A program made the position numbers and the translations under genes. Source: an uncultured cyanobacterium (GTDB taxonomy: Bacteria; Cyanobacteriota; Cyanobacteriia; PCC-9006; JAAUQQ01). Taken from it: DNA of 64,000 nucleotides. The notes below the pieces were generated by a model, which searched no databases, was not told where the DNA came from, and was given only the letters and a program-made list of their open reading frames with translations. Below, in pieces: positions 43,020 through 52,913 of the stretch (the first letter of the stretch is position 1; each line of letters starts with the position of its first letter). The stretch spans positions 2,208,001-2,272,000 of the forward strand of contig OY970368.1 in assembly GCA_963718615.1 (NCBI GenBank), in the 5' to 3' direction.

Positions 43020-44639
43020 ATGCTGAATCTTGTGCTTAATCTTGCTCTGTTTCGTCCGCCTCTAGTTGCCCTGACTCGTAGCCTCAAGCGCTCCGGCGTT
43101 GCGGCCTTGGGCTCTGGTTTGGCGATCGCCCTCTTCTTAGCGACACCGGGCAAAGCCGCCGAGCGGCTGTTGCTCCCCCTGGATGCTCCCCCTAAAATCC
43201 AAGGGTTTTTGAGCTGGACGCTCAAGCTTAACGAGGCCCAGGTCGAGCATTTCCTGAGTTCGCCCTTGGGGGCATCGCTCCTAGCCATTCCCAGCGACTG
43301 GATCGAGTTACCCGAGGGAGATGCCCAGGCCAGTTTGCGTCAGGCGATGGTGCGGGCGGCGGCGGAGCCGGAGGGACTGACGCTGTTAGGAATTTTGCGG
43401 CAGCTACCGCCCCAGGCTCAGGTGAATGCGGCGAAGGTGTCGGCCTTTGTCCGCCAGCGGGCAGAGTTGGACCAGCAGACGGAGGCGATCGCCCAATCCC
43501 TCGCCCAAAAAAGTCAGGCGATCGCCCGCACCGAATCGTTTCCCCCTAGAGCCACGGCCCTTGACCCCAGACGCCCCGGACCCTTTACGATTGCGCAACA
43601 AAGTTTGACCTTGAGGGACACAAAGCAAGATCCCCTCAAACCGGGCAAAACCGATCGTCCCCTTCAGGCCGATTTATATTTACCTCAGGAACAGTTGACC
43701 GAGGCTGGCGCTCCAGCTTCAATTCCCGTGGTCATTCTGTCCCATGGTTTGGGGGCAAACCGCGAAGGCCATGCCTTTTTTGCCCGCCATCTGGCCTCCT
43801 ATGGCATTGCCGCGATCATGGTTCAGCATCCCGGCAGCGATACAACCCAGCTCCAGGCCATGTTGCAGGGAGAGCGTCCGGACGCGATGGAAATCAGCGC
43901 CTTTATCGATCGCCCTCGGGATATTTCCTGGCTCCTAGACGAACTCGAACACCGCAACGCCCAGGATTTTCACAATCGCTTAAAGCTCGATCGGGTGGCG
44001 CTCTATGGTCATTCCCTGGGGGCCTACACAGCCCTGGCCTTGGCGGGGGCAGAACCCAATTTTGCCCAGCTTGAGCAAGACTGCACCCCTCAAAAGGTAG
44101 CGCTCAATCCCTCCCTAGTGGTGCAATGCCGTGCCCTGGCCCTCCCCCGTGAGCGTTGGAACCTTCGGGATCGTCGCATTGCCGCATTGCTGTTGTTTGA
44201 CCCCGTAGGCCGCAGCATTTTTGGTCCCCAGGGATTGAAGCAGGTGGCGATACCAGTTTTTTGGGGGGGCGATCGCAGCGATTTACTCACCCCCTTAGCG
44301 ACGGAGCAGCTACCCGCCTTTGAAGCCCTGGGCAGCCGAGAAAAATATTTCAGTCTGACCGAAGGGGTACAACACATCAATTTTCAGTGGAATCACCTGA
44401 CCCAAGCCCGCAGTCTGATGGAAACAGAGCTGATTGCGGCCAAACCCTTGCCGTACCAAACCTATGTCAATGCCCTGGGGCTGGCATTTGTGCAAGTACA
44501 GTTGGGCCAAAAGGCAGCGGCTGCGCCGGACCGCTCCGACTACCGACCCTACCTCAGCGCTTCCTATGCCCAACAGCTCAGCACCGCCTCCTATCCCCTC
44601 AGTTTTATCCCCCCCAATTTTTCGCTTTCCCAGAAATAG
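43020..44639 (+). CDS. Alpha/beta hydrolase with DUF1400-like N-terminus
   Basis: VILSHGLG, QHPGS, GHSLG nucleophile elbow. Confidence 0.88.
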   Translation: MLNLVLNLALFRPPLVALTRSLKRSGVAALGSGLAIALFLATPGKAAERLLLPLDAPPKIQGFLSWTLKLNEAQVEHFLSSPLGASLLAIPSDWIELPEGDAQASLRQAMVRAAAEPEGLTLLGILRQLPPQAQVNAAKVSAFVRQRAELDQQTEAIAQSLAQKSQAIARTESFPPRATALDPRRPGPFTIAQQSLTLRDTKQDPLKPGKTDRPLQADLYLPQEQLTEAGAPASIPVVILSHGLGANREGHAFFARHLASYGIAAIMVQHPGSDTTQLQAMLQGERPDAMEISAFIDRPRDISWLLDELEHRNAQDFHNRLKLDRVALYGHSLGAYTALALAGAEPNFAQLEQDCTPQKVALNPSLVVQCRALALPRERWNLRDRRIAALLLFDPVGRSIFGPQGLKQVAIPVFWGGDRSDLLTPLATEQLPAFEALGSREKYFSLTEGVQHINFQWNHLTQARSLMETELIAAKPLPYQTYVNALGLAFVQVQLGQKAAAAPDRSDYRPYLSASYAQQLSTASYPLSFIPPNFSLSQK

Positions 44640-44702
44640 CTCTGTATCAAATCAGATCCGTAGGGCTATGATGGAGCGGATTTATCCCGATCGCATCCAC
44701 TC

Positions 44703-46061
44703 ATGGCGTTGCTTTTGACGGTGTCCCTAGCCGGTTTATCCCTGGCCGGTTTATTAAATGGTTTTCCAACGGTTTATCCCTTAGCGTTGGTGGCTCAGAA
44801 GGATTTGATGATTGATCTAGAGCCAATTATTGATCTAGAAGCAATTTTAAAGTTAGGGGAGGGGCAGGAGCTCAAGCAGGAGCCTCAGGCGGAGCCAAGT
44901 TTACCGGATGAGGCGCTGAATTCAGACGAAAAATTAGCAGAACAAGAAGTTGTTGAACCTCAGCCGGAGCCTTTCGATGCGGCCTCAGCCTATCCCAGTT
45001 TTGGCAGTGCGCCCTTGGATGTGCAGTTACGCCGCTATTTGAATTACCTGTTGGTGATGGGGCCACCGGATATTTTTATCGTGGGTAGCTCTCGGGCAAC
45101 CCAGGGTGTCGACCCACTGATTTTGCAGCAGGCCTTGGGGGAGCGGGGCTATCCAGGGCTCAAAGTGTTTAACTGGGGCATTAATGGAGCGACTGCTCAA
45201 GTGGTGGATGTGCTGGTGCGGGAAATTTTGACCCCAGCACAGCAGCCTCGGCTAATTCTCTGGGCCGATGGTTCACGGTCTTTTAGTAGTGGGCGACGCG
45301 ATCGCACGTTTGAAAATTTGGTGCGATCGCCCGGCTATCGATTGCTCAAGCAAGGACAACGGCCCCAGCTCACGGAACCGGAACAACAGCAGTTTGCCCA
45401 ACTGCGGACGGTCCTCCAGGAAGGACTGCCGACGCTACCCGATAATCTCAAACAGCAATTGACCGTAAACGCTGCCAAACGTCCGACGGTCCCACAGACG
45501 GTTCCACTGCGCACCTTTTTTGTCGACTGGTGTTCGAGGGAGCAGGGGCCTTGTTCTCGGCCAGTGATTTTCCAATCGGGAGCCCTGGCAGAAACCATCG
45601 CCTTTAATGCGGAGCCCTTTTTGGAGGCATCTGGATTTCAGATCAACAACCAGCGGTTTAATCCCCAAACCTATTTCCAGTTTTATCCCTGGATTACGGG
45701 AGAATTTGACGGGGACTACCAAAACTTCAGCCTCTGGGGCCACCAGCATCGGGCGCTCAAGCGGCTCTTAGGGTTTGCCCAGCGACAACGGATGCAGGTG
45801 GCGTTTTTGAGTTTGCCCCTCACCCAAACCTATCTCGATCCAGTCCGTCGTCAGCGGGAAGACGCGTTTATCATCTATATGAAAGAGATGGCGAAGGATC
45901 GGACGCTTAACTTTTACGATTTCAGTCGGCTTTGGCCCAATCGCAATGACTTTTTTATTGACCCTAGCCATGTCAACCGCTACGGTGCCGCAGCAGTATC
46001 TTGGCAGTTTGCCCAGGAGATCGATCAAGCCATTCTAGAAAAACTGAAGCGGCCCCGATGA
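44703..46061 (+). CDS. SGNH-like (DUF1574-like) protein
   Basis: VGSSRA, FNWGINGATA, DPSHVNRYGA. Confidence 0.75.
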   Translation: MALLLTVSLAGLSLAGLLNGFPTVYPLALVAQKDLMIDLEPIIDLEAILKLGEGQELKQEPQAEPSLPDEALNSDEKLAEQEVVEPQPEPFDAASAYPSFGSAPLDVQLRRYLNYLLVMGPPDIFIVGSSRATQGVDPLILQQALGERGYPGLKVFNWGINGATAQVVDVLVREILTPAQQPRLILWADGSRSFSSGRRDRTFENLVRSPGYRLLKQGQRPQLTEPEQQQFAQLRTVLQEGLPTLPDNLKQQLTVNAAKRPTVPQTVPLRTFFVDWCSREQGPCSRPVIFQSGALAETIAFNAEPFLEASGFQINNQRFNPQTYFQFYPWITGEFDGDYQNFSLWGHQHRALKRLLGFAQRQRMQVAFLSLPLTQTYLDPVRRQREDAFIIYMKEMAKDRTLNFYDFSRLWPNRNDFFIDPSHVNRYGAAAVSWQFAQEIDQAILEKLKRPR

Positions 46062-46077
46062 CTCACCCATTACTCCA

Positions 46078-46734
46078 ATGGCAATCAAATCAATGGTGCT
46101 CAAAGACTGGGTACGCAAGGGATTGGGCCTCGCGTCAACTCTGCAACCCGCCCTAAAACTAATCCCAAAATTAATCCCAAAGTTAATCCCAAAGTTAATC
46201 CCCAAACTAATCCTTTCGCTGGGGTTAGTCGGGGTAATTCTGTGGAGCAGCTTTCCGGGGCAGGCTAGGGCGGAGATCCATACCTATCCCGAGAATGCTG
46301 ACCAAATCATGTATCGTTCCCGGTTGAGCCTGAGGGATGACCAAGACCAAGCGTGGCAAACGATTGTGTTTAAGCGGGTTCGTGTCGGTCAGGTGACAGA
46401 ATTTAAGCTGCGACTGGTGGGCTTTCCAGGACAGGTGGCGTTGGCCCATCCAGTACCGTTGCACATTCATCAGCTCGCCTATGAGCATTGGTCCGCTGCG
46501 GATGAGACCGAACAGGATCCCCAAATTCTGTCGGTTTTGGCGACCGTGGGGCAATATGACCTCCGAACCGTCATGCAGGATCTCGATCGCGCAGCCCCCC
46601 TAACGCTGGAAATTCCAGTAGAGCAACCTAATGACCAGGGCATTGAATACAGAACCTTGCTGGTGCCTCCCTATGCTGTGCGAGAGTGGTTGAGACTTAA
46701 AGACTCGACACCAACGGCTTCAACGGGATTTTGA
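46078..46734 (+). CDS. DUF3122-like exported protein
   Basis: SLRDDQDQAWQ, LRLVGFPG, QYDL. Confidence 0.8.
   Translation: MAIKSMVLKDWVRKGLGLASTLQPALKLIPKLIPKLIPKLIPKLILSLGLVGVILWSSFPGQARAEIHTYPENADQIMYRSRLSLRDDQDQAWQTIVFKRVRVGQVTEFKLRLVGFPGQVALAHPVPLHIHQLAYEHWSAADETEQDPQILSVLATVGQYDLRTVMQDLDRAAPLTLEIPVEQPNDQGIEYRTLLVPPYAVREWLRLKDSTPTASTGF
46155..46212 (+). repeat. 12-bp in-frame tandem repeat (KLIP x4 plus partial)
   Basis: AA(A/G)(C/T)TAATCCC(A/C) units. Confidence 0.8.
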
Positions 46735-46940
46735 ATGGGTTCAAGCCGATAGCCCAAAACCTGGATGTCATGACAAAAAAAACCTCGCTTGGGATGGAGC
46801 GAGAAGGCTGGCGCTTGGCCATTTTTCCATTCCGCTTCGGTCAAGAGTGCTGCGCCCTGGGAGCAGGGAATCAGTTGAATGGGAACCTGACGGCTCCGAG
46901 ACACCAAAACATGGGTGGGCTGAAACGTTGACTGAGACAT
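46671..46940 (-). CDS. Small conserved hypothetical protein
   Basis: MSQSTFQPTHVLVSRSRQVP...LLTEAEW; GGAGG upstream. Confidence 0.6.
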   Translation of the reverse strand: MSQSTFQPTHVLVSRSRQVPIQLIPCSQGAALLTEAEWKNGQAPAFSLHPKRGFFCHDIQVLGYRLEPIQNPVEAVGVESLSLNHSRTA

Positions 46941-47507
46941 TCTTGAGGTAACCTCCACAGGTGTTAAACGTAAAAACACGTTGTCTTCACTGGGATGCAA
47001 CCAAACCTGACTTAATCCTGAAGGCATCGGATCCATAAACGGCTGAACATCCATTCCCATGAATATCCAGGCAAAATTCATAAACCCATGCAAAGCGCTC
47101 TACGGGGCCGCCAAGAACCAAGCCAAAAGCAGGGCTCCCATAAAGAGACGGCTGTAGAGCGGATTGCTCAATATTCTCTTCACCCCTCTGTCTTCTTCCT
47201 AGGGTGAATCCATCGAAAATTCGTGGGGGACTGCAAAATTAAGCCGTGAATTTACTTATCAAGTGAGAAGAAAAATGGTGCATTCCTAAGAGTAGGCCTG
47301 CACAAAAGCAAGCCGGGTAGCAACCCCCCCACGTCACTACGGCTCTCCCCACCCCCGAATTGAGGAGTTGGTCGTTAAAGTGTTGAAGAGGAACATTAAG
47401 AGACCGTAACACTTTCAGGAGTACAAGGGTGCATTCAGGGTTGATTTAACGGTCCGTTCATCTCCTCCCGTTCATTCCCTCAATCTGGTGAGGCTTTAAA
47501 GCGTCGT

Positions 47508-50003
47508 ATGTTTGAATACTTCACAGACCGTGCCATTGCAGTTGTTATGCTTGCCCAGGAGGAAGCGCGTCGGCTCGCCCATGCCTCTGTGGGAACGGAG
47601 CAGATTCTGCTGGGCATGCTGCGGGAGCAAACCAGTCTTGCAGCCCAAATCCTCACTGAAATGGGGGTTGAGTTGGAAGAGGCTCGTGCAGTGGTGGAGG
47701 CGATCGCAGGACGGGGCAATGGACCTGTGCCTGCGGAAATTCCCTTTACGCCAAAAACACGCCGCTTGATGGAACAGGCGTTAGAAGAAGCCCGACAGCG
47801 GCATCAACGATTTGTGGGTCCCGAGCATTTGTTGTTGGCGATGCTGACCCAGGAGGAAACCGTAGCCATGCAGGTGCTGCGACGGATGCAGATTGCGGTG
47901 GAGGATCTCCAGCTTGAGCTGATTGAGGCGCTGGAAGAAGAACGCTTGGTGGCAGCAACGCCGGAGGCAAGTGCGCCGGGGTTGGTGCGGCCTCAGAAGC
48001 GGACACGGATGCCGATTTTGGATGAGTTTGGCACCAATTTAACCGAGAAGGCGCTGGCGGGGTTGATTGACCCGGTGGTGGGTCGCGATCGCGAGACCGA
48101 GCGAGTGATCCAAATTCTGGGTCGACGGACCAAAAATAATCCCATTTTGGTGGGAGAACCGGGGGTGGGCAAGACGGCGATCGCCGAGGGACTCGCCCAG
48201 CGGATTGTCCATCATGATGTGCCAGAAGTGTTGCAAGATGCCCAAATTATCAGCTTAGACCTGACGGCCTTGGTCTCCGGGACCCGGTTCCGGGGGGAGT
48301 TTGAAGAGCGTCTAACCCAGCTCCTGGCCGAGGTCCGGGAAGCGGGCAATATTGTCTTGATGATTGATGAAATCCATATGCTCATGGGCGCGGGAGCCAT
48401 GGGCGGCACGATGGATGCGGCGAATCTGATGAAGCCTGCGCTGGCTCGGGGCGAGCTACAGTGCATTGGGGCCACGACGATGGCGGAGTTTCGTCAATAT
48501 ATTGAACGGGATCCGGCACTAGAGCGTCGATTCCAGCCGGTGCAGGTGGGTGAACCCTCGACGACGGAAACCTTGGAAATTTTGCAGGGGGTTCGTAGTG
48601 TCTATGAACAGCACCATCGGTTGGTGATTACGGATGAGGCCTTGGCTGCGGCGGCAACGCTGTCGGATCGGTATATTAGCGATCGCTTCCTCCCGGACAA
48701 AGCCATTGATCTCATTGACGAAGCGGCCTCCCGTGTGCGGTTACGCTATAGCCAAGGCCAGTGGAATCGAGATATTAAGCAGGAATTGCGCACGGTCTAC
48801 TTGGCCAAGCAAGAGGCAATTCGCAGTCAAGACTATGCCGTAGCGGCGGAATTGCGGGAGCGCGAAGTCAGCCTAGAGGCCCAGCTTCAGTCCCAGCGAA
48901 CCCCGGCGGAAGTGATGGAGTCGGTGGCGGCTCCAGTCCCGGCATTGCAAACGCCCAAGGTCGACGCGGAAGATATTGCCCAGGTGTTGGCCGCCTGGAC
49001 TGGGGTGCCGGTGATGCGCCTAACGGAATCGGAATCGGTCATGCTGATGCATCTCGAAGACCGGCTCCATGAGCGGGTGATTGGTCAAGCGGAGGCCGTA
49101 ACAGCGGTGTCGCGGGCCATGCGTCGGGCTCGGGTCAATCTCAAGGGGGCTCATCGTCCCATCGCCAGCTTTTTCTTTAGCGGCCCCACGGGCGTTGGTA
49201 AAACCGAGTTAAGCAAAGCCCTAGCGGCGGAGCTGTTTGGCAGCACAGAGTCGATCATTCGGGTCGATATGTCCGAGTTTATGGAATCCCATACGGTGTC
49301 CAAACTGATTGGCGCTCCGCCGGGATTTGTCGGTCATGAAGAGGGCGGCAAGTTGACCGAAGCCATTCGCCGCCGCCCCTACAGCATCGTTTTGCTGGAT
49401 GAAGTCGAAAAGGCCCATCCCGATATTTTCAATCTGATGCTTCAGGTTTTGGACGATGGTCGCCTCACCGATAGCCATGGCCGTGTGGTGGACTTTAGCA
49501 ACACCGTGATTATTATGACCTCCAATCTTGGGGCCAAGAGCATTGAGAAGGGGGGAGCCAGCCTTGGGTTTGGTTGGGATGGCGATGACCAGCGCTATAA
49601 CCGCATTCGTGATCGCGTCCAAGAGGATCTCAAACAATTCTTCCCGCCCGAATTCCTCAACCGGATTGACGATGTGATTGTCTTCCAGCCGTTAACGGAA
49701 GCCGAAGTGGCTGAGATCGCTGAACTGATGGTGCGGGAGATTGGCGATCGCCTCCAAGGCAAGGGGATCGGTCTTCAGGTGTCAGCAGCCTTCAAGGCGC
49801 TAGCGGTCCAATCCGGATATGATGCCCGTTATGGGGCTCGTCCGCTCCGTCGAGCACTCCAGCGATTGCTAGAGGATGCCCTGGCAGAGGCGTTGCTGCG
49901 TGGCGACATCACTGAGGGGGATGTGGCAGTGGTCGATCTGAATGATGAACATCAAGTTGAGATTAAAGCCCAGCGCCAATTGGCTGAAGTCGTATCTCGA
50001 TAA
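47508..50003 (+). CDS. clpC: ClpC-type ATP-dependent Clp protease ATPase
   Basis: MFEYFTDRA Clp-N repeats, [11 protein letters not shown]-like middle domain, [16 protein letters not shown]. Confidence 0.9.
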   Translation: MFEYFTDRAIAVVMLAQEEARRLAHASVGTEQILLGMLREQTSLAAQILTEMGVELEEARAVVEAIAGRGNGPVPAEIPFTPKTRRLMEQALEEARQRHQRFVGPEHLLLAMLTQEETVAMQVLRRMQIAVEDLQLELIEALEEERLVAATPEASAPGLVRPQKRTRMPILDEFGTNLTEKALAGLIDPVVGRDRETERVIQILGRRTKNNPILVGEPGVGKTAIAEGLAQRIVHHDVPEVLQDAQIISLDLTALVSGTRFRGEFEERLTQLLAEVREAGNIVLMIDEIHMLMGAGAMGGTMDAANLMKPALARGELQCIGATTMAEFRQYIERDPALERRFQPVQVGEPSTTETLEILQGVRSVYEQHHRLVITDEALAAAATLSDRYISDRFLPDKAIDLIDEAASRVRLRYSQGQWNRDIKQELRTVYLAKQEAIRSQDYAVAAELREREVSLEAQLQSQRTPAEVMESVAAPVPALQTPKVDAEDIAQVLAAWTGVPVMRLTESESVMLMHLEDRLHERVIGQAEAVTAVSRAMRRARVNLKGAHRPIASFFFSGPTGVGKTELSKALAAELFGSTESIIRVDMSEFMESHTVSKLIGAPPGFVGHEEGGKLTEAIRRRPYSIVLLDEVEKAHPDIFNLMLQVLDDGRLTDSHGRVVDFSNTVIIMTSNLGAKSIEKGGASLGFGWDGDDQRYNRIRDRVQEDLKQFFPPEFLNRIDDVIVFQPLTEAEVAEIAELMVREIGDRLQGKGIGLQVSAAFKALAVQSGYDARYGARPLRRALQRLLEDALAEALLRGDITEGDVAVVDLNDEHQVEIKAQRQLAEVVSR

Positions 50004-50054
50004 CTGAGCTCGATCATTGAAAATTATCGTTCTAAGCTGAGTTCAAAGACGTTG

Positions 50055-50088
50055 AAAAGGGGGCTGCAGGTTGCAGCCCCCTTTTTTT
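50055..50088 (+). terminator. Intrinsic terminator
   Basis: AAAAGGGGGCTGCA-ggt-TGCAGCCCCCTTTTTTT. Confidence 0.85.
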
Positions 50089-50536
50089 ACCTTTTTTGAT
50101 TCGTTATTGAATAGGTATAGAACCACCACAAATAACCTACAATTGCGACTTAAATTTAACGAAACTTTAACCAGTGAGCCTAAAAGATTAAATCTTTCGA
50201 GCAGTTCTCTTGCGTTCAACCCATTTGTCGATTTTATTGAATTTTACGATTTGGAGAAAAAATTAAGTAAAGAACATCAACTTTTGGGCAGCAGAAAAGG
50301 CGACATAAAAGGCAGTAGAGAAGGCGATCGCAACGGCTAAACCGACTCAGCTAAATCTACTAGATCGACTTCATGCTGTTCCGATGTCATTGGATCCTAA
50401 CTCCTATATCTGTCGGATTGACGTACCGAAAAAGAGCTGGGATATTGACCCTGGTCCCTGCACCTATGGATGTAACCCAATTGAGATCAGGGTCATCGCT
50501 AGAACATCACACAGCAAAGTAACAAAAGTCACTGCT

Positions 50537-52585
50537 ATGACACATAAACAACAAACCGGGTTCTCGATGGTGCTGTTTTGGGCAGTGCTAGCGGCACTTC
50601 CGGTCGCATCTATCACAAACGTACTGAATCAATCGGTCAGTGCTCAGGAGGCCAGTTTCTCGCTACCGACGCAAGTTGATAAAAATACCAAGATTCGGAT
50701 CGACGGTTCGGAAAGCATGTCGGTCATCAACGAATCCCTCAAGCAGCAGTTTGAGCAACAGTTCCCTGGGGCAAAGGTGGAGTTGAGCACCCTAGGAACG
50801 GATCAGGCACTGCAAAATTTGGAGGCCGGAAAAGCCGATGTGGCTTCATTGGGGCGTTTGTTGACCGATGCGGAAAAGTCCAACGGTTTGACGCCAGAAA
50901 TTCTCGATCGTGAAAAGATTGCCCTGGTGGTGGGCGCTGAGAACCCCTTTCAGGGAGATATTGGCTATGCGCAATTTGCCAAGATTTTTCGCGGTGAAAT
51001 CAGCGATTGGTCTGAGCTGGGCGGATCTGCGGGTCCGATTCGTTTGATCGATCGCCCCGAATCCAGCGATACCCGTCAAGCCTTTAGCACCTATCCGGTG
51101 TTTGTGGGTCAGCCCTTCACTTCAGGCGGCACGGCGGAAGTCCTCGGCCAGGATGACACCGCTGCCATGGTCAAACAGTTAGGCCAGGATGGTATTGGCT
51201 ATGCCCTCTACAGCCAGGTGAAGGATTTACCGGGGATCAAGATCCTCTCGATGCATAAGGTGACGCCGGACAATGCGGCCTATCCCTATTCTCAGCCTCG
51301 GGTCTTGGTCTACAAGGGTGAACCCAATGATGCGGTGAAATCCTTCCTCGGGTTTGCAGCGAATGATCCGGGACAAGCAGCGATTAATGCCGCTGAGTCC
51401 GCAGAATCCCAGGCGATCGCCTCTGGTAATTCCCCCACTGGTAAAGGCATTCTTCAGAAGTTTGCCGCCGGAGCCGCCGGGGCCGCTGGAGCCGTGGGTG
51501 GAGCCGCCAATCAAACGGTAGGAGCTGCTGGAGATGCTGCTAAGGGAGCCGTTGACGTTGCAGGGAATACGGCCAAAGGAGCCGTTGATGCGGCTGGCAA
51601 TGTCGTGGGAACCGCTGGTGATGCCGCCAAAGGTGCAGCAACCGGAACCGTCAATGTCGCCAAAGATGCAGCGGGAACCGTAGCGGGCGTTACCGCAGCG
51701 GGCGGTGAGCAGGTTGCCCAAGCGGTGGGTGGTGTCGCGACCGAAACAGGTCGAGGCCTATCTCGACTGTGGGGTTTATTGCCCTTGTTGGCCTTAGCTG
51801 CGGGGGGGGGGTTGCTCTGGTGGCTAGCGGCAGGTAAGGATGAGGATGAACCCCGTCGGGCTGGACGCCTGGAGACTGACCGCCTGAATGGTGATCGTCT
51901 AAATGGTGAGACTGAAGAGGCGCGGCGGGTGCGAATCAATGCTGGCGATCGCAACCTCGGTCAAACCCTCCATCAAACCGGAGACGGCATTCGTCGGACG
52001 GCGGGTGACTTAGGTACGGGAGCCGTTAATACCACCCGAGGCGCGATTGATGGCGTCCGTCAGGGGGTTTCGGGCTCTGTGGACGGAGTTCGTCAAGGGG
52101 TTTCAGGATCCGTCGATGGGCTCAGACAAGGCACTGGCACGGTGGTTGATGCCGGTGGCAAAACCCTCAACCGGGGAGCTGCTGCCGTTGGTGGAGCTGC
52201 TGCCGGAGCGGGAGGTCTATTCTCGGGCCTCTTTGGACGGGCAAAGCAGGCAACTGCCGGAACCGCAGAGGCTGTAACCGGTACAGCTCAGAACCTCGGC
52301 AACGCAGCCGGTAACATGGCCCGAGGCACGGCCAATGCCGCTGGTAATGTTGCCCAAGGAACCGCCAATGCCGCTGGCAATGCTTGGCAATCCACCCAAG
52401 AGGGCGTTTCCAACCTGGGGGATGGCGTGCAGCGGGGTGTTTCCGGTACGACCCAGGGAACCGCCGACACCTTGGAAAATCTGCAAGAAGGGGGTGGCAA
52501 CGCGGTCGATGGTTTGAAAAAGCGGCTTTCCGATGCCGGTGAAGCCCTGGGCGATCGCCTCTCGGATTCCTCGGATTACCAATAG
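50537..52585 (+). CDS. PstS-like binding domain, TM helix and Gly/Ala/Thr-rich repeats
   Basis: [31 protein letters not shown]; 11-aa-periodic repeats either side of the TM. Confidence 0.85.
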   Translation: MTHKQQTGFSMVLFWAVLAALPVASITNVLNQSVSAQEASFSLPTQVDKNTKIRIDGSESMSVINESLKQQFEQQFPGAKVELSTLGTDQALQNLEAGKADVASLGRLLTDAEKSNGLTPEILDREKIALVVGAENPFQGDIGYAQFAKIFRGEISDWSELGGSAGPIRLIDRPESSDTRQAFSTYPVFVGQPFTSGGTAEVLGQDDTAAMVKQLGQDGIGYALYSQVKDLPGIKILSMHKVTPDNAAYPYSQPRVLVYKGEPNDAVKSFLGFAANDPGQAAINAAESAESQAIASGNSPTGKGILQKFAAGAAGAAGAVGGAANQTVGAAGDAAKGAVDVAGNTAKGAVDAAGNVVGTAGDAAKGAATGTVNVAKDAAGTVAGVTAAGGEQVAQAVGGVATETGRGLSRLWGLLPLLALAAGGGLLWWLAAGKDEDEPRRAGRLETDRLNGDRLNGETEEARRVRINAGDRNLGQTLHQTGDGIRRTAGDLGTGAVNTTRGAIDGVRQGVSGSVDGVRQGVSGSVDGLRQGTGTVVDAGGKTLNRGAAAVGGAAAGAGGLFSGLFGRAKQATAGTAEAVTGTAQNLGNAAGNMARGTANAAGNVAQGTANAAGNAWQSTQEGVSNLGDGVQRGVSGTTQGTADTLENLQEGGGNAVDGLKKRLSDAGEALGDRLSDSSDYQ

Positions 52586-52913
52586 AGTGCTAGAGCGCTG
52601 CCCAATCGACAGCGCTCCCCGGGACATACTTTAGCCATAGAGTCCGATCTGGAGACCCCACTTTTTAGGAAGTTGGGGTCTTCCTGCTTCTTCAAGCAGC
52701 ATTTCCTGAGTTACAAATTATGTTGCTGTTTGGAGCGGATCAAGACTGCTTGGGGGAAGGGCTGGAGGTTGATAAATTGAGAAATGAGGCGACAGATTGA
52801 CTCCTGCGGAAGGAGCTGAGATATTGAGCGTACCTGACTCAAAGAATCAGGGTGAAATCAGGGAGCTTGCTACCCTTTTGTTTTTGTTTCAAAAGTTTAA
52901 GAAAAGACTTGAC

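Noticed and set aside
50071-50536. 89-aa ORF and the N-terminal extension of the 50384 ORF
   Set aside because: The ORF starts inside a terminator in AT-rich promoter-like DNA; paralogue comparison supports a start at 50537.
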